A DNA stretch of 40,428 nucleotides from the IMG/VR virus record IMGVR_UViG_3300010383_000016, positions 1 through 40,428 of that record; one strand, 5' to 3'. The position numbers were made by a program, and so were the translations under genes. Position 1 is the first letter of the stretch; every line of letters begins with the position of its first letter. Below, one piece after another: positions 17,863-26,314 of the stretch. The DNA comes from a virus (Duplodnaviria; Caudoviricetes). The notes beneath the pieces are model-generated. The model was not told the origin of the DNA. It saw only the letters and a list, made by a program, of their open reading frames with translations, and ran no database searches.

Positions 17863-18835
17863 TCTCCTTTCGCATTCGCTGGGTGATCGGATCGTCATCA
17901 TCTACCTGATATTCCTTCAGGCTACTCGTTCCAGCGGCTGGCGGCGGACTGTCCTTGTTCGGCCCGCCTCGCTTCTTGAACCCGTCCAGGATGCCCTTGA
18001 CGTAAGCGAGCGTCAGGATCTTGTGAAGGGATGCCTCCCTCATGGCCTTGTACATCCACTCGCCACCAAAATCGTCGAAAAGGACGCCGAGCTCCTCGAC
18101 CTCAAACTCTGTGACTCTACCGTCTCTCGTAAAGTGCCTTTCGTAGATCTGATAGATTCGTGAGAATGAAAAATCCGGGCTGCTGCCGCTGCCTGGTTCT
18201 GGTCTTAACGGAATGACCTTATTACTACTACTACTGTTTTTAATAATGTCTTTAATAATGTCTTTAGGAGCCTCGGAAGCCGCGTGGGAGTAAGGATCAG
18301 AGGCTGTCGCAGTTCCCGTTTTGGGAACTTTTTCGGAAAAATAGTTCCCGTTTTGGGAACTCGAAAGTTCCTGTTTTGGGAACTCTTCGCTCTCCTCTTG
18401 CTCAAAAAGTTCCTGTTTCGGGAACTTTTTTGTTCCTGTTTCAGGAACTTTTTTGTTCCCGTTTTGGGAACTTTCTTCAAGGTTGAGGGCAAGAATTTCG
18501 TCGAATCGATACTCCTTCCACCCCTTCACTGGGGACACTTGCCACTGCTCATAATCCTTATTGACTTCGAACATTTTGGCCTCTTGATCCCAGATCAGAA
18601 CCTTGCTTTGCTGGAGGAAGATCAGCTCCTCTTTGATGTGGTTCTTCCCTATTCCGCAGAGCTCGAAGTACACAAGTTTCGGTATGAATGCTGCCCGTTT
18701 TCGGCAGCCGTATGAGAGCCGCCAAATGAAGAAGAGAATGTCCTTCTGTCGCTTGGAGAAGTCCCGGCGGATGACTTCGTCCCAGATCTCATTCGCGATG
18801 CGTATGTAGCCATTTTCTGTTTGTGGGTTTGCCAT
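17828..18835 (-). CDS. Replication initiator (lambda O-like N-terminus, DnaD-like C-terminus)
   Basis: 'MANPQTENGYIRIANE', internal iterons, C-terminal 'LAYVKGIL'. Confidence 0.88.
   Translation of the reverse strand: MANPQTENGYIRIANEIWDEVIRRDFSKRQKDILFFIWRLSYGCRKRAAFIPKLVYFELCGIGKNHIKEELIFLQQSKVLIWDQEAKMFEVNKDYEQWQVSPVKGWKEYRFDEILALNLEESSQNGNKKVPETGTKKFPKQELFEQEESEEFPKQELSSSQNGNYFSEKVPKTGTATASDPYSHAASEAPKDIIKDIIKNSSSSNKVIPLRPEPGSGSSPDFSFSRIYQIYERHFTRDGRVTEFEVEELGVLFDDFGGEWMYKAMREASLHKILTLAYVKGILDGFKKRGGPNKDSPPPAAGTSSLKEYQVDDDDPITQRMRKESARQLEQCTNV
18220..18472. repeat. Replication origin: six 18-bp iterons plus AT-rich flank
   Basis: GTTCCYGTTTYRGGAACT at 18312, 18344, 18367, 18409, 18432, 18455; adjacent TTAATAATGTCT tandem and TAC repeats around 18220-18265. 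Confidence 0.88.
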
Positions 18836-18849
18836 CCGCCGTCCCTCCC

Positions 18850-19473
18850 TTAGCCCGCTGTACGAGGCTCGTATCGGTTCTCAGTCGGCACCAGCACCGC
18901 GTACTCTGGAGCCCACTTCGGCGGGTCATACTTCCGGAGGTACCCGAGACGATTCACGTAAGCGTCGATCGGCTCCTCACGGTGGAAGGCCTCCAACAGC
19001 TCCCTTGTGGCCGTCACATCGTTCAGCGCCCGATGTGCTCCGTCGAGATTAATGCCGTAGCGGTCGCACATGTTCTCGAGCTTGTGCGGGTAGTAATGGC
19101 GGTCCCGGCTGATCGTCAGAGTATCGATGAATGGATTTGTGAACGTTCGCCCGAATCGGGAGAAACCGTGATGCAGAAAGCCGAGATCAAAAGCGGCGTT
19201 ATGCGCTACGATGATGTTCCCGTTCATCATTCGATTCAAGATTGCGAAGGAGATCTGCTCGTCCATGCCGGCGCGCATCATTTCGGTCGTGATGCCGGTT
19301 ATTTCGGTGATCTTTGCAGGCAGCTCCGTGATGTCTGGATGGTTCACGATGGTGCTGAATTCGCCTACCACGTGACCGTTTCGGACGCGGATCGCAGCCA
19401 TTTCAATGACCCGGTCGCGCTCGGCGCTCAGGCCGGTTGTTTCAAAGTCGAAGACGGTATAATCGAATAACAT
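18850..19473 (-). CDS. DEDDh 3'-5' exonuclease (DnaQ/PolC-exo-like)
   Basis: 'FDFETTGL', 'VAHNAAFD', 'HRALND'. Confidence 0.9.
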   Translation of the reverse strand: MLFDYTVFDFETTGLSAERDRVIEMAAIRVRNGHVVGEFSTIVNHPDITELPAKITEITGITTEMMRAGMDEQISFAILNRMMNGNIIVAHNAAFDLGFLHHGFSRFGRTFTNPFIDTLTISRDRHYYPHKLENMCDRYGINLDGAHRALNDVTATRELLEAFHREEPIDAYVNRLGYLRKYDPPKWAPEYAVLVPTENRYEPRTAG

Positions 19474-19486
19474 GAGGCCACACTCC

Positions 19487-19562
19487 TTGTCAGGATGAAA
19501 CCGCCATGATAGAATGGCGGCAAGATGATTCCGGATGACCCGCTGGCAGGCGGGTTATTTTT
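19487..19562 (+). ncRNA. Candidate ~40-nt antisense RNA unit (sigma-A promoter plus terminator)
   Basis: TTGTCA-17-TAGAAT with extended TG, then ACCCGC-TGGCAG-GCGGGT-TATTTTT. Confidence 0.5.
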
Positions 19563-19896
19563 GTTCCTTCGCTTTTGCGATCACTTTTCTCAGCGACTCA
19601 AGTTCGTCGCCGTCCATGTTCGCTTCGAAGATGTTGTCCAACGGCTCAGTGTCACCGTTCTGATGCCAGTTCACTACTTCAAGCCCTTCGCCACAGAATG
19701 ACATGACGTTCGAGATGAAACGTTCTGCCTTCTCACAAGCTTCCAACAGTTCTGGAGCTGCCGCTATAAGCGAACGATTGTTGGGGTTTGGAACGTCAGC
19801 AACCCATACGTGAGCAAACTCAGCAGCTCCGTACCCTGTACCACGTCTCCAAATTTCCTTCCCTTCAACGTTCCATGGACCCGGTGTATGTTCCAT
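19555..19896 (-). CDS. Phage hypothetical protein
   Basis: 'HTPGPW..LIAAAPELLEAC..IAKAK' is a common phage early-gene pattern. Confidence 0.75.
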   Translation of the reverse strand: MEHTPGPWNVEGKEIWRRGTGYGAAEFAHVWVADVPNPNNRSLIAAAPELLEACEKAERFISNVMSFCGEGLEVVNWHQNGDTEPLDNIFEANMDGDELESLRKVIAKAKEQK

Positions 19897-20013
19897 GCTA
19901 ACCCTCCTTTCTCAAGATCTAGCACGATTTCTCGCACCGTGGAGTTCAGGAATTCACCTCTCGAGCTACGGGAGGGGGTGTTCCTGTTTCCTGAACTCTA
20001 CGGTAGGAGAAAG

Positions 20014-20241
20014 CTACTTCTTCTCCCACTTGACTGCCTCTTCGGCAAGCCGCCGCCGCCTCAATTCTCGATCCACCAGGCAGAGCACGTACGGGTATTT
20101 CGCCTTCTGGGGAATGAACCCCGGGTGACACCGCTCAAGTATCTTCCTGACCTCTGCCTGGAAGATCGCGGCGTCGCCCCGGAGCGCCCATAGCTTTTCG
20201 GAAAGGAGTACCTTCCACGGAACCTCATTCGGGTCGATCAT
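20014..20241 (-). CDS. Hypothetical protein
   Basis: ATGA-coupled to recT. Confidence 0.6.
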   Translation of the reverse strand: MIDPNEVPWKVLLSEKLWALRGDAAIFQAEVRKILERCHPGFIPQKAKYPYVLCLVDRELRRRRLAEEAVKWEKK

Positions 20242-21116
20242 TTCTCAAACTCGAGCTCTTCCTGCTCCTCTATGCGCGTCTCTTCTTGTGCCGCCGGCTC
20301 CTCCTGAGAGGAACCGGTGATGTCGATGATCGGCTCGTCGGTGACTTCGGTAACGTCCTTCCGAACGACCTCGTCCTGCGTGACAGCTGCCGCCTGCTCA
20401 ATGCTGATCGGCAGCCACTTCCAACCGGATCGCACGACTGTCTTCTTGCACATTTCGGTGTAATCCGTCACCCACGGACCATTGTTGGAAGCTCTCGAGC
20501 GCTTGCGGTGCTCCTCGATCTCTTGCACCGGCATGTAGTGGATGAAGTGGCCGCCGTCCTTGAATTTTGCGACCATGTATGCCCCAACGATCGGACCGGA
20601 TTTATCGAATTTCTGATCTTTGCGGAGAAACCACGGCACGTGCTTCAAATTCTCTTCGAGGCCATATACGAGCTCAGTAAAGTCGTTCTCATAAACTTCA
20701 TGGGCAGCGATCGATTGAATGTTCCCGGAGCGTCGTGCGAGGTCGATCATGCCCTTATAGCCGATGATGAACTGGACCTCGTAAGTGTTCGTCTTGTTGT
20801 TTTTGAACGGAAGGAAGTAGCAGTGACCAATCAAGCCGGGCTCGAGGCCGAGCTGCGCTGACTGCATGACGGCCGCCATAAGCGACGGAACCGAACATTG
20901 CAGCAGCGTTGGATTGGTACGGATGGTGGTGAGTGCGATCCGCGTCATCCGCTCGGCCGTCATGTGCTTCGGCAGCGCGCGGGAGATCTCGCCCTCCATT
21001 TTCTTGAGGTATGCGGCAATCGTGTTTGCCGGGGACACAGCCGGCGCTTGTGCACCGGATGCTCCTTGAAGTTTTTCAGCGAGAGCGCTGTTTCCACTGC
21101 TCTTTTGGTTTGTCAT
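20238..21116 (-). CDS. recT: RecT single-strand annealing protein
   Basis: 'ALPKHM.AER..RIALT', 'AQLGLEP', 'QFIIGYKGMIDLARRSG', 'PWVTDY.EM.KKTV'. Confidence 0.95.
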   Translation of the reverse strand: MTNQKSSGNSALAEKLQGASGAQAPAVSPANTIAAYLKKMEGEISRALPKHMTAERMTRIALTTIRTNPTLLQCSVPSLMAAVMQSAQLGLEPGLIGHCYFLPFKNNKTNTYEVQFIIGYKGMIDLARRSGNIQSIAAHEVYENDFTELVYGLEENLKHVPWFLRKDQKFDKSGPIVGAYMVAKFKDGGHFIHYMPVQEIEEHRKRSRASNNGPWVTDYTEMCKKTVVRSGWKWLPISIEQAAAVTQDEVVRKDVTEVTDEPIIDITGSSQEEPAAQEETRIEEQEELEFEK

Positions 21117-21130
21117 CTCGTCTTCTCCTC

Positions 21131-22075
21131 CTATTTCACCAAGAACCGTCGAACCGACTTCGTAACAGCGAACCGCTCATACACATCCGGCATTTCGGCC
21201 TTGAGCTTCTTTGTTTCCAGCGACGTCGTGTCACTCGACTTCCACGTGAATGCCTTCTCTCCGCGGAAGTAGGCGATCTCGTTCTCGCCCATTAGGGACT
21301 TGATCAGGTTCTTGCAAGCATCCAGGCGTCCCTCAGCAGCCTTGACCTCTTCCTGCGCCTCGTACAGGTCGTTGATGACCGTCTCCATATCGTCAGGAAT
21401 CAGAATGCTGCTCTCCGGCTTCGAAGTCGGATAAAGGTGGTTCAGCAGGTCCGTCGACGCCGCGCTACCGTCGACCATTGGGGCGATGCCTTTCATGACA
21501 TGCTCCGTCCAGAAGTTCCGCTCGATATCAATCAGGTGTTTAATGACCGTCTCGTCACGCTCGACGTACCTGTACTTGAAGGTGTTACCGCCGATCAGGA
21601 CGGCGAAGAATCCGTAATCAAGGCCTAGCACCGACAGATAGTGCTGCAGCTGAATCGCGTAGTGGTCGGGGATGCGCTCGCCCTCCCAGTCTTCTTTGGC
21701 GAATGCGTTCGCAGTCTTGACCTCGAGGATTCCCTTCCGCTTGTTCTCGTCCGTGATCAGGCGGTCGACGTTACCAAGCATGAACGGGTGATCCGGGTGC
21801 CGGTAAAGCTTGTTACTTCGCTGGACCTTGAGGCTTGTCCGACTTGCGAACTCACGGGCGACGAGATCCTCGAGCTGGTTGCCCCAATAGGCTGCCTCGC
21901 CGGCTTCATCCTGCTCGATCTGGCCTGTCTTCTCGAGGAACACGGCCACCTTTGACTTCCAAGGGTTGAGGCCAGCCACTGCTGCGGCATCCGAGCCCCC
22001 GATCCCTTTATTGCGGAGCTTCAACCATTGCTCGCGTGTTAAACCTTTCGTTACTGCTTCTACTGTCATTGCCAT
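21131..22075 (-). CDS. yqaJ: YqaJ-like exonuclease (lambda Exo family)
   Basis: 'WLKLR.KGIGGSD', 'WGNQLE', 'GNVDR', 'LEVKT', 'Y.IQLQHY'. Confidence 0.93.
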   Translation of the reverse strand: MAMTVEAVTKGLTREQWLKLRNKGIGGSDAAAVAGLNPWKSKVAVFLEKTGQIEQDEAGEAAYWGNQLEDLVAREFASRTSLKVQRSNKLYRHPDHPFMLGNVDRLITDENKRKGILEVKTANAFAKEDWEGERIPDHYAIQLQHYLSVLGLDYGFFAVLIGGNTFKYRYVERDETVIKHLIDIERNFWTEHVMKGIAPMVDGSAASTDLLNHLYPTSKPESSILIPDDMETVINDLYEAQEEVKAAEGRLDACKNLIKSLMGENEIAYFRGEKAFTWKSSDTTSLETKKLKAEMPDVYERFAVTKSVRRFLVK

Positions 22076-22605
22076 GATTGATATTCCCCCTCATTTGCCG
22101 CTGCCACCTCTAGCAGTGGAATCGAAAAAGTACTTACTATCGAGTCAGTGATGGCCCTTGCCATCTTGATTACGAGAAATAATCTTGTATTCTGAAGTAC
22201 GAAGTACTCCATAAATCCGCCAACATTGACGATCCCCTTAATGTGATAATCACCGACCGCCGGCAGTTCTTTGTTCACCCCAGCCCCGGGTTTAAGTGGA
22301 CCAGCTGCCACTTGAAAACGCCCAACCGAAGTTTGTTGACCAAGACAAGCGTCAATCGCAATAACCTTCTTTGTCCCGTCAATCACTTTTAGCCTTTCGG
22401 TCAAGTTCACAGCATTAACTGGTTCATCCAAGGTTCCGATAACGTTCGTATACCCAAGTTTTTGAAGGTAAGTGCCAACCAAGGGCCCCAACGAATCTCC
22501 GGTTGATCGGTCCGTTCCGATGCAGACGAACACCACGTCTGAAAGTGGAATCTGCGATACTAGTGATGCTAGTACACTCCGAAGTCCATCCGAATCAGTT
22601 AACAT
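22066..22605 (-). CDS. yyaC: Spore protease YyaC (GPR-related)
   Basis: 'VCIGTDRSTGDSLGPLVG', 'GTLDEPV.A.NL', 'IAIDACLG', 'PLKPGAGVNKELPAVGD..I.GIVNVGGFMEYFVLQNTRL'. Confidence 0.92.
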   Translation of the reverse strand: MLTDSDGLRSVLASLVSQIPLSDVVFVCIGTDRSTGDSLGPLVGTYLQKLGYTNVIGTLDEPVNAVNLTERLKVIDGTKKVIAIDACLGQQTSVGRFQVAAGPLKPGAGVNKELPAVGDYHIKGIVNVGGFMEYFVLQNTRLFLVIKMARAITDSIVSTFSIPLLEVAAANEGEYQSWQ

Positions 22606-22857
22606 CTATGCCTCCTTCCTCGCCACGCCCATCTGTGATAAAATAAGCGCAACGAGGTTCTTTAGTCGGTTCCTCAACAACGATGGTCGCCCTGCCCGGC
22701 GGCCATTTTCCTTTTCTGCTGGCAACTCCCGCGTCAGCCGGTTAACCTCCATCCGGAGCGCCGCGCGCTGCGACGTATCCGCTACAAGCCCACTGTCCAG
22801 AATGACCTGCAGCCGTTCGCGGTGTACCCGCGCTTCCCGTACCTGCTTGTCCGTCAT
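22606..22857 (-). CDS. Hypothetical protein
   Basis: ATGA-coupled; stop abuts yyaC start. Confidence 0.6.
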   Translation of the reverse strand: MTDKQVREARVHRERLQVILDSGLVADTSQRAALRMEVNRLTRELPAEKENGRRAGRPSLLRNRLKNLVALILSQMGVARKEA

Positions 22858-23069
22858 GGAATCAGCTCGACCTCCTCATTCGGATCCATGTTCATATCCT
22901 TCGCCATGTCCCGCGCGCAAGGCCGGCAGTAGACTCCTTTCAAACCGCGGAGTCGGTAGTGCGCCGGATCACTGCAAACGTCACAGGTCTCTGTCGCATC
23001 GTCCCCCATCGGAACGTAGCTTCTCTCCCACGGCATTGGCCGGGAAAATCGGTCAAGTGCTGGTTGCAT
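22854..23069 (-). CDS. Small zinc-finger-like hypothetical protein
   Basis: CDVC ... CRPC. Confidence 0.6.
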   Translation of the reverse strand: MQPALDRFSRPMPWERSYVPMGDDATETCDVCSDPAHYRLRGLKGVYCRPCARDMAKDMNMDPNEEVELIP

Positions 23070-23403
23070 TCTTTTTGCTCCTTCCCGGCTTGATCTTCAT
23101 CAGGCTGACCGCCTCGAAGATCGATTTTGCTTGCTTCCATGCTGTCTCCAGCTGCTGGTACTTCTTCGTTACATCCGCGTGGCCCGCCATGTGCATTGCA
23201 ATCAGATCTTCCGACTTTGTCGCCCTCGCCCACTGTCTTACCAGCGTGTAGCTCGGCGTCAGCTTGCCGTTCTCGACCTTCGACACGATCGCCTGGTCTA
23301 TGTAGAGCCTGACAGCCAAATCTTGCTGCGAAAGCTTTGCTCGTTCACGGCACGTTCGGAGCAATTCCGCAATTTCCGCATCCCTCACCTTGTTCATCAC
23401 CAC
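23053..23403 (-). CDS. XRE-family HTH regulator
   Basis: 'RERAKLSQQDLA..IDQAIVSKVENGK'. Confidence 0.85.
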   Translation of the reverse strand: MVMNKVRDAEIAELLRTCRERAKLSQQDLAVRLYIDQAIVSKVENGKLTPSYTLVRQWARATKSEDLIAMHMAGHADVTKKYQQLETAWKQAKSIFEAVSLMKIKPGRSKKNATST

Positions 23404-23510
23404 CTTTCAAGGCGCGGCGCAGGTTTCATAATAAACCTGATGCTTTATGAAATCCGGCTGCGTTATGCTTGAAGCACCGTGGTGATCCACATCCCCGAAA
23501 TTCCTTCCCC

Positions 23511-23735
23511 TTACCCCGCCGGCTTCATTCCCCTTCGGCGGGCCTTCCCCGACAATATCGCTTCCGCCTCTGCTCGAACCTTGCTGAGCTGATCCTGCCC
23601 GATCAGTTCCGGCTGCTTGCAGTGATGCGGGAGCGTCTCCTTAATCGCCGCTTCAATCGTGATGTTCTTGCATCTTACCCGGGCGACGATCATACACACG
23701 CATGCTGCGCGAGACGACGTCCACCGGAATTTCAA
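23511..23735 (-). CDS. Hypothetical protein
   Basis: 74 aa, 4-nt overlap with upstream gene. Confidence 0.5.
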   Translation of the reverse strand: MKFRWTSSRAACVCMIVARVRCKNITIEAAIKETLPHHCKQPELIGQDQLSKVRAEAEAILSGKARRRGMKPAG

Positions 23736-23965
23736 AATAGGCTCACCCCGAGCAACTCAGCGTAGTGCATCCCCAGCATCATCTGCAGCCCCGGTTTAAA
23801 AGCGTATCGATCAAGCTCCTTGTTGACTGCGGCCTTTCCTTTCTCCGTCAAATTCCATTCGTAACCGTCATAGTGGATGAATCCATCACGCTGCAGTTGC
23901 TCGCGCACGATCCGCTCCGATTCTTCAGGGCTCAGATAGCTTTGCTCCTTTGCCAAAATCTCCAC
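23732..23965 (-). CDS. Hypothetical protein (winged-helix-like)
   Basis: 'LQRDGFI..WNLTEKGK'; RBS GAGGAGG. Confidence 0.65.
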   Translation of the reverse strand: MEILAKEQSYLSPEESERIVREQLQRDGFIHYDGYEWNLTEKGKAAVNKELDRYAFKPGLQMMLGMHYAELLGVSLF

Positions 23966-23976
23966 CTCCTCTCTCG

Positions 23977-24333
23977 TTAACTGCTCCTGCGCCGCAGGTC
24001 CTTCGGTTCAAGCTGCGTAGCCACTTCATTCGGACGCCTTGACTTAAGCCATTCGTATAGCTCCGCTTTAAGGACCATCACCACTTCGCCCTTCTTCCGA
24101 CCCTTATTCAAAATCGGGAAGGATGGATCGCGGGTCCATTCCGAGACGATCGGCTTGCTGACCCCAAGCAGCTTTTCGATATGAGCCGGCCGGAGCACTT
24201 CTGGATAATCGCCGCTCAGTCGGAGCTCTGCGAGCTGCCTTTCAAGCACTTCATTCCGCTCGGCCAATTCAGCCGCCAGTCGAAGCGATTCGGCATATGT
24301 TCGAGGAATACGCTGTTCTTTCACGCTGTTCAC
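23977..24333 (-). CDS. Excisionase-like HTH protein with antirepressor-like N-terminal helix
   Basis: 'YPEVLRPAHIEKLLGVSK..FP..VLKAELYEWL' MerR-like Xis pattern. Confidence 0.65.
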   Translation of the reverse strand: MNSVKEQRIPRTYAESLRLAAELAERNEVLERQLAELRLSGDYPEVLRPAHIEKLLGVSKPIVSEWTRDPSFPILNKGRKKGEVVMVLKAELYEWLKSRRPNEVATQLEPKDLRRRSS

Positions 24334-24572
24334 CTCCCCTCGAGGGCTTGTCCAGCTGCCTGCTCGATCTTCTCCAGCGCGGCAATGCCGGCGGCCAACT
24401 GTTCTTCTACTAAGTGCGCTTCTTCCGTGAAGTACTGAACCATTCGCATGATTTTTTGGTCGATACCAGTTGACTGCTCTATGTCTTGGATAGCTCGACG
24501 ATGGAGCACCATGGCCTCCCGCAATTTCATCAACCCCTTACGCCGTGATCGAACTAGTTGGCGTAACGTCAA
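24330..24572 (-). CDS. Hypothetical protein (start uncertain)
   Basis: Helical ORF coupled to the xis-like gene. Confidence 0.5.
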   Translation of the reverse strand: MTLRQLVRSRRKGLMKLREAMVLHRRAIQDIEQSTGIDQKIMRMVQYFTEEAHLVEEQLAAGIAALEKIEQAAGQALEGR

Positions 24573-24783
24573 CTTTTTGGGTAAAGAAATCCTCTACCTT
24601 GACGCCTAGGGCATCTGCAAAGTTCGGAAGCAGTTCTGCTTTGATTTTCCGGTCGTTGCTTTCATACTTTGAAAGAGTGGAAGGGTCTATTCCGACCTTC
24701 TCAGAAACAAACTTTGCAGTGAGTCCCTTAGCTCTTCTGATGTCTCTTATTACAGTCCCTAAATTGTGCGCCATCTTCTCCAC
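24538..24783 (-). CDS. Cro-like XRE HTH regulator
   Basis: 'IRRAKGLT..VGIDPSTLSKYES'; divergent from repressor. Confidence 0.85.
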   Translation of the reverse strand: MEKMAHNLGTVIRDIRRAKGLTAKFVSEKVGIDPSTLSKYESNDRKIKAELLPNFADALGVKVEDFFTQKVDVTPTSSITA

Positions 24784-24791
24784 CTCCCATG

Positions 24792-24903
24792 TTTCCGTTT
24801 CGCCAACTTATGATTTGATTATATATTGGCGTATTGCCAACGTCAATAGTTTTGTTGGCTAATTGTCAACTTTTATTTCCACTTCGTCAATATTAGGTAT
24901 ACT
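24792..24903. promoter_or_regulatory. Genetic switch: divergent promoters and 15-bp operators
   Basis: Leftward TTGACG(24846-24841)-17-TATAAT(24823-24818); rightward -10 TATACT 24898-24903; operators TTGGCGTATTGCCAA 24826, TTGGCTAATTGTCAA 24855, weaker copies at 24792 and 24876. Confidence 0.8.
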
Positions 24904-24918
24904 GTCTTTGAGGTGTTG

Positions 24919-25344
24919 ATGATGGAAGATGTTCGCATAGCGATTGGTGAAAGGCTGCGTGAAGCCCGCGAAAAAAGCGGACTAAAACAGAATATGGTCG
25001 CTAAGCATCTTGGCATTCACAACAGCACTCTGGCTAAATATGAGTCTGGCACACGTGAGGCTGATAACGAGACTCTGATCAAGCTTGCTGAACTTTATCA
25101 GGTAAACGTAGAGTGGCTATTAAAGGGAGTTGGACCTCGTCTTCGTGCTAGCGACTATATCGATGTTGCCAACAAAATGAAAGAAACCGATGGAATCAAA
25201 GAGCAGACGGCGACTAACTACACGACCAACAGATCCTACTCTGGTGGTGGTCTCGATTGGACTGAGGAAGAAATCGCAATGGCCGATGAGATCATTAAGG
25301 CGATCCGTGCAAGGGGTTCAAAACTTAACAAGCCGAAGGAATAG
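24919..25344 (+). CDS. CI/ImmR-like repressor
   Basis: XRE HTH 'GERLREAREKSGLKQ..STLAKYESGTRE'; no S24 peptidase domain; ImmA-type gene downstream. Confidence 0.88.
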   Translation: MMEDVRIAIGERLREAREKSGLKQNMVAKHLGIHNSTLAKYESGTREADNETLIKLAELYQVNVEWLLKGVGPRLRASDYIDVANKMKETDGIKEQTATNYTTNRSYSGGGLDWTEEEIAMADEIIKAIRARGSKLNKPKE

Positions 25345-25385
25345 CAACTCCCTCAGCCGATGAGGAAAGTCTGAGGACGCGTTCA

Positions 25386-25637
25386 ATGTTTAAAAAAGAT
25401 GACATTCTTTCTTCTCAAGCCGAATTCGACCTCGTCACAGAGCTTCAGCTCCCGATCATTGTTTGGCAGCACGGCCAGATCCTTGACTACGGCGGCCCGA
25501 TTATCAAGCACACCGAAGGCGCCGTGTACCTGGGCAATCGGTATTACCTGAAATCCCAGTGCGTGTTCAAGGTCCGCGAGGTTCCCAGTACCGAAAAACC
25601 GACCGCTAAAATTTATCAATTCCCCGCCCGATCCTAA
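25386..25637 (+). CDS. Hypothetical protein in immunity block
   Basis: 83 aa, RBS GAGGA. Confidence 0.65.
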   Translation: MFKKDDILSSQAEFDLVTELQLPIIVWQHGQILDYGGPIIKHTEGAVYLGNRYYLKSQCVFKVREVPSTEKPTAKIYQFPARS

Positions 25638-25661
25638 GGGCGTTTATTTTCAATTAAAAAC

Positions 25662-25709
25662 CGAACATATATTCTTATTCTATCCACAAGTTTACCAACA
25701 CTATCCACA
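25662..25709 (+). promoter_or_regulatory. SOS-box-like and DnaA-box-like sites upstream of immA
   Basis: CGAACATATATTCT 25662-25675; CTATCCACA at 25680 and 25701. Confidence 0.5.
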
Positions 25710-25720
25710 GGGGGAACAAC

Positions 25721-26314
25721 ATGAATCTTGAATTGTACAAGCCCAGTGAAATCGAGCAATGGATCGAAAAGCAATACCGAGATGCCGGCATCTTCTACGC
25801 CTCAGATTTAGAAGTGGACAGGATTGCCGAGCATTTTTATACAGAGGTTCATTATGTCGCGCATCCTAAATCGTTCATTGACTACCCTGATGACTTTTAT
25901 CCGATTATCGCCATCAGTGCATACGGGGGTCCTCAGAAGCGCCGCGAAGATTTCTTCCACGAATTAGGCCATTTGATACAACACTCCGGCGACCAACGGA
26001 GGCTTCCAAAATTGCTAAGCGATCTCTTCGAGAGAGAGGCTAATCAGTTTCTTATGTTCTCGGCGATGCCCGTATATATGCTAGAGGAGTTCAAGTGGGT
26101 ACGGCCGAGCGTCTATCTCAAGGTCCTTACCGAAGAATTCGGAGTGTCAGAGCAGCTGGTAAAACGCCGGATTGAACAAATCAGAAGCAGAATACTCGAT
26201 GAGGAACTGCGGCTTGATCAGATCCGTCGCCAGAAGGAAACCAACAGTGCGCGGTTTACTCTGGATGATGCCCGAAAGCTGCAGGAGCGGATGCGTGCGG
26301 AGAGAGGTGCATAG
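25721..26314 (+). CDS. ImmA/IrrE-family metallopeptidase (anti-repressor)
   Basis: 'FFHELGH..H', 'EREANQF..AMP', 'FGVSE'. Confidence 0.9.
   Translation: MNLELYKPSEIEQWIEKQYRDAGIFYASDLEVDRIAEHFYTEVHYVAHPKSFIDYPDDFYPIIAISAYGGPQKRREDFFHELGHLIQHSGDQRRLPKLLSDLFEREANQFLMFSAMPVYMLEEFKWVRPSVYLKVLTEEFGVSEQLVKRRIEQIRSRILDEELRLDQIRRQKETNSARFTLDDARKLQERMRAERGA

Noticed and set aside
18312-18472. Regularly spaced palindromic repeats resembling a mini-CRISPR array
   Set aside because: Repeats are 18 bp with 5-24 bp gaps inside the initiator gene, typical of iterons; no cas genes present.
25348-25380. CCGATGAGGAAA suggestive of a hammerhead ribozyme core
   Set aside because: Lacks CUGAUGA and the required three-stem arrangement.
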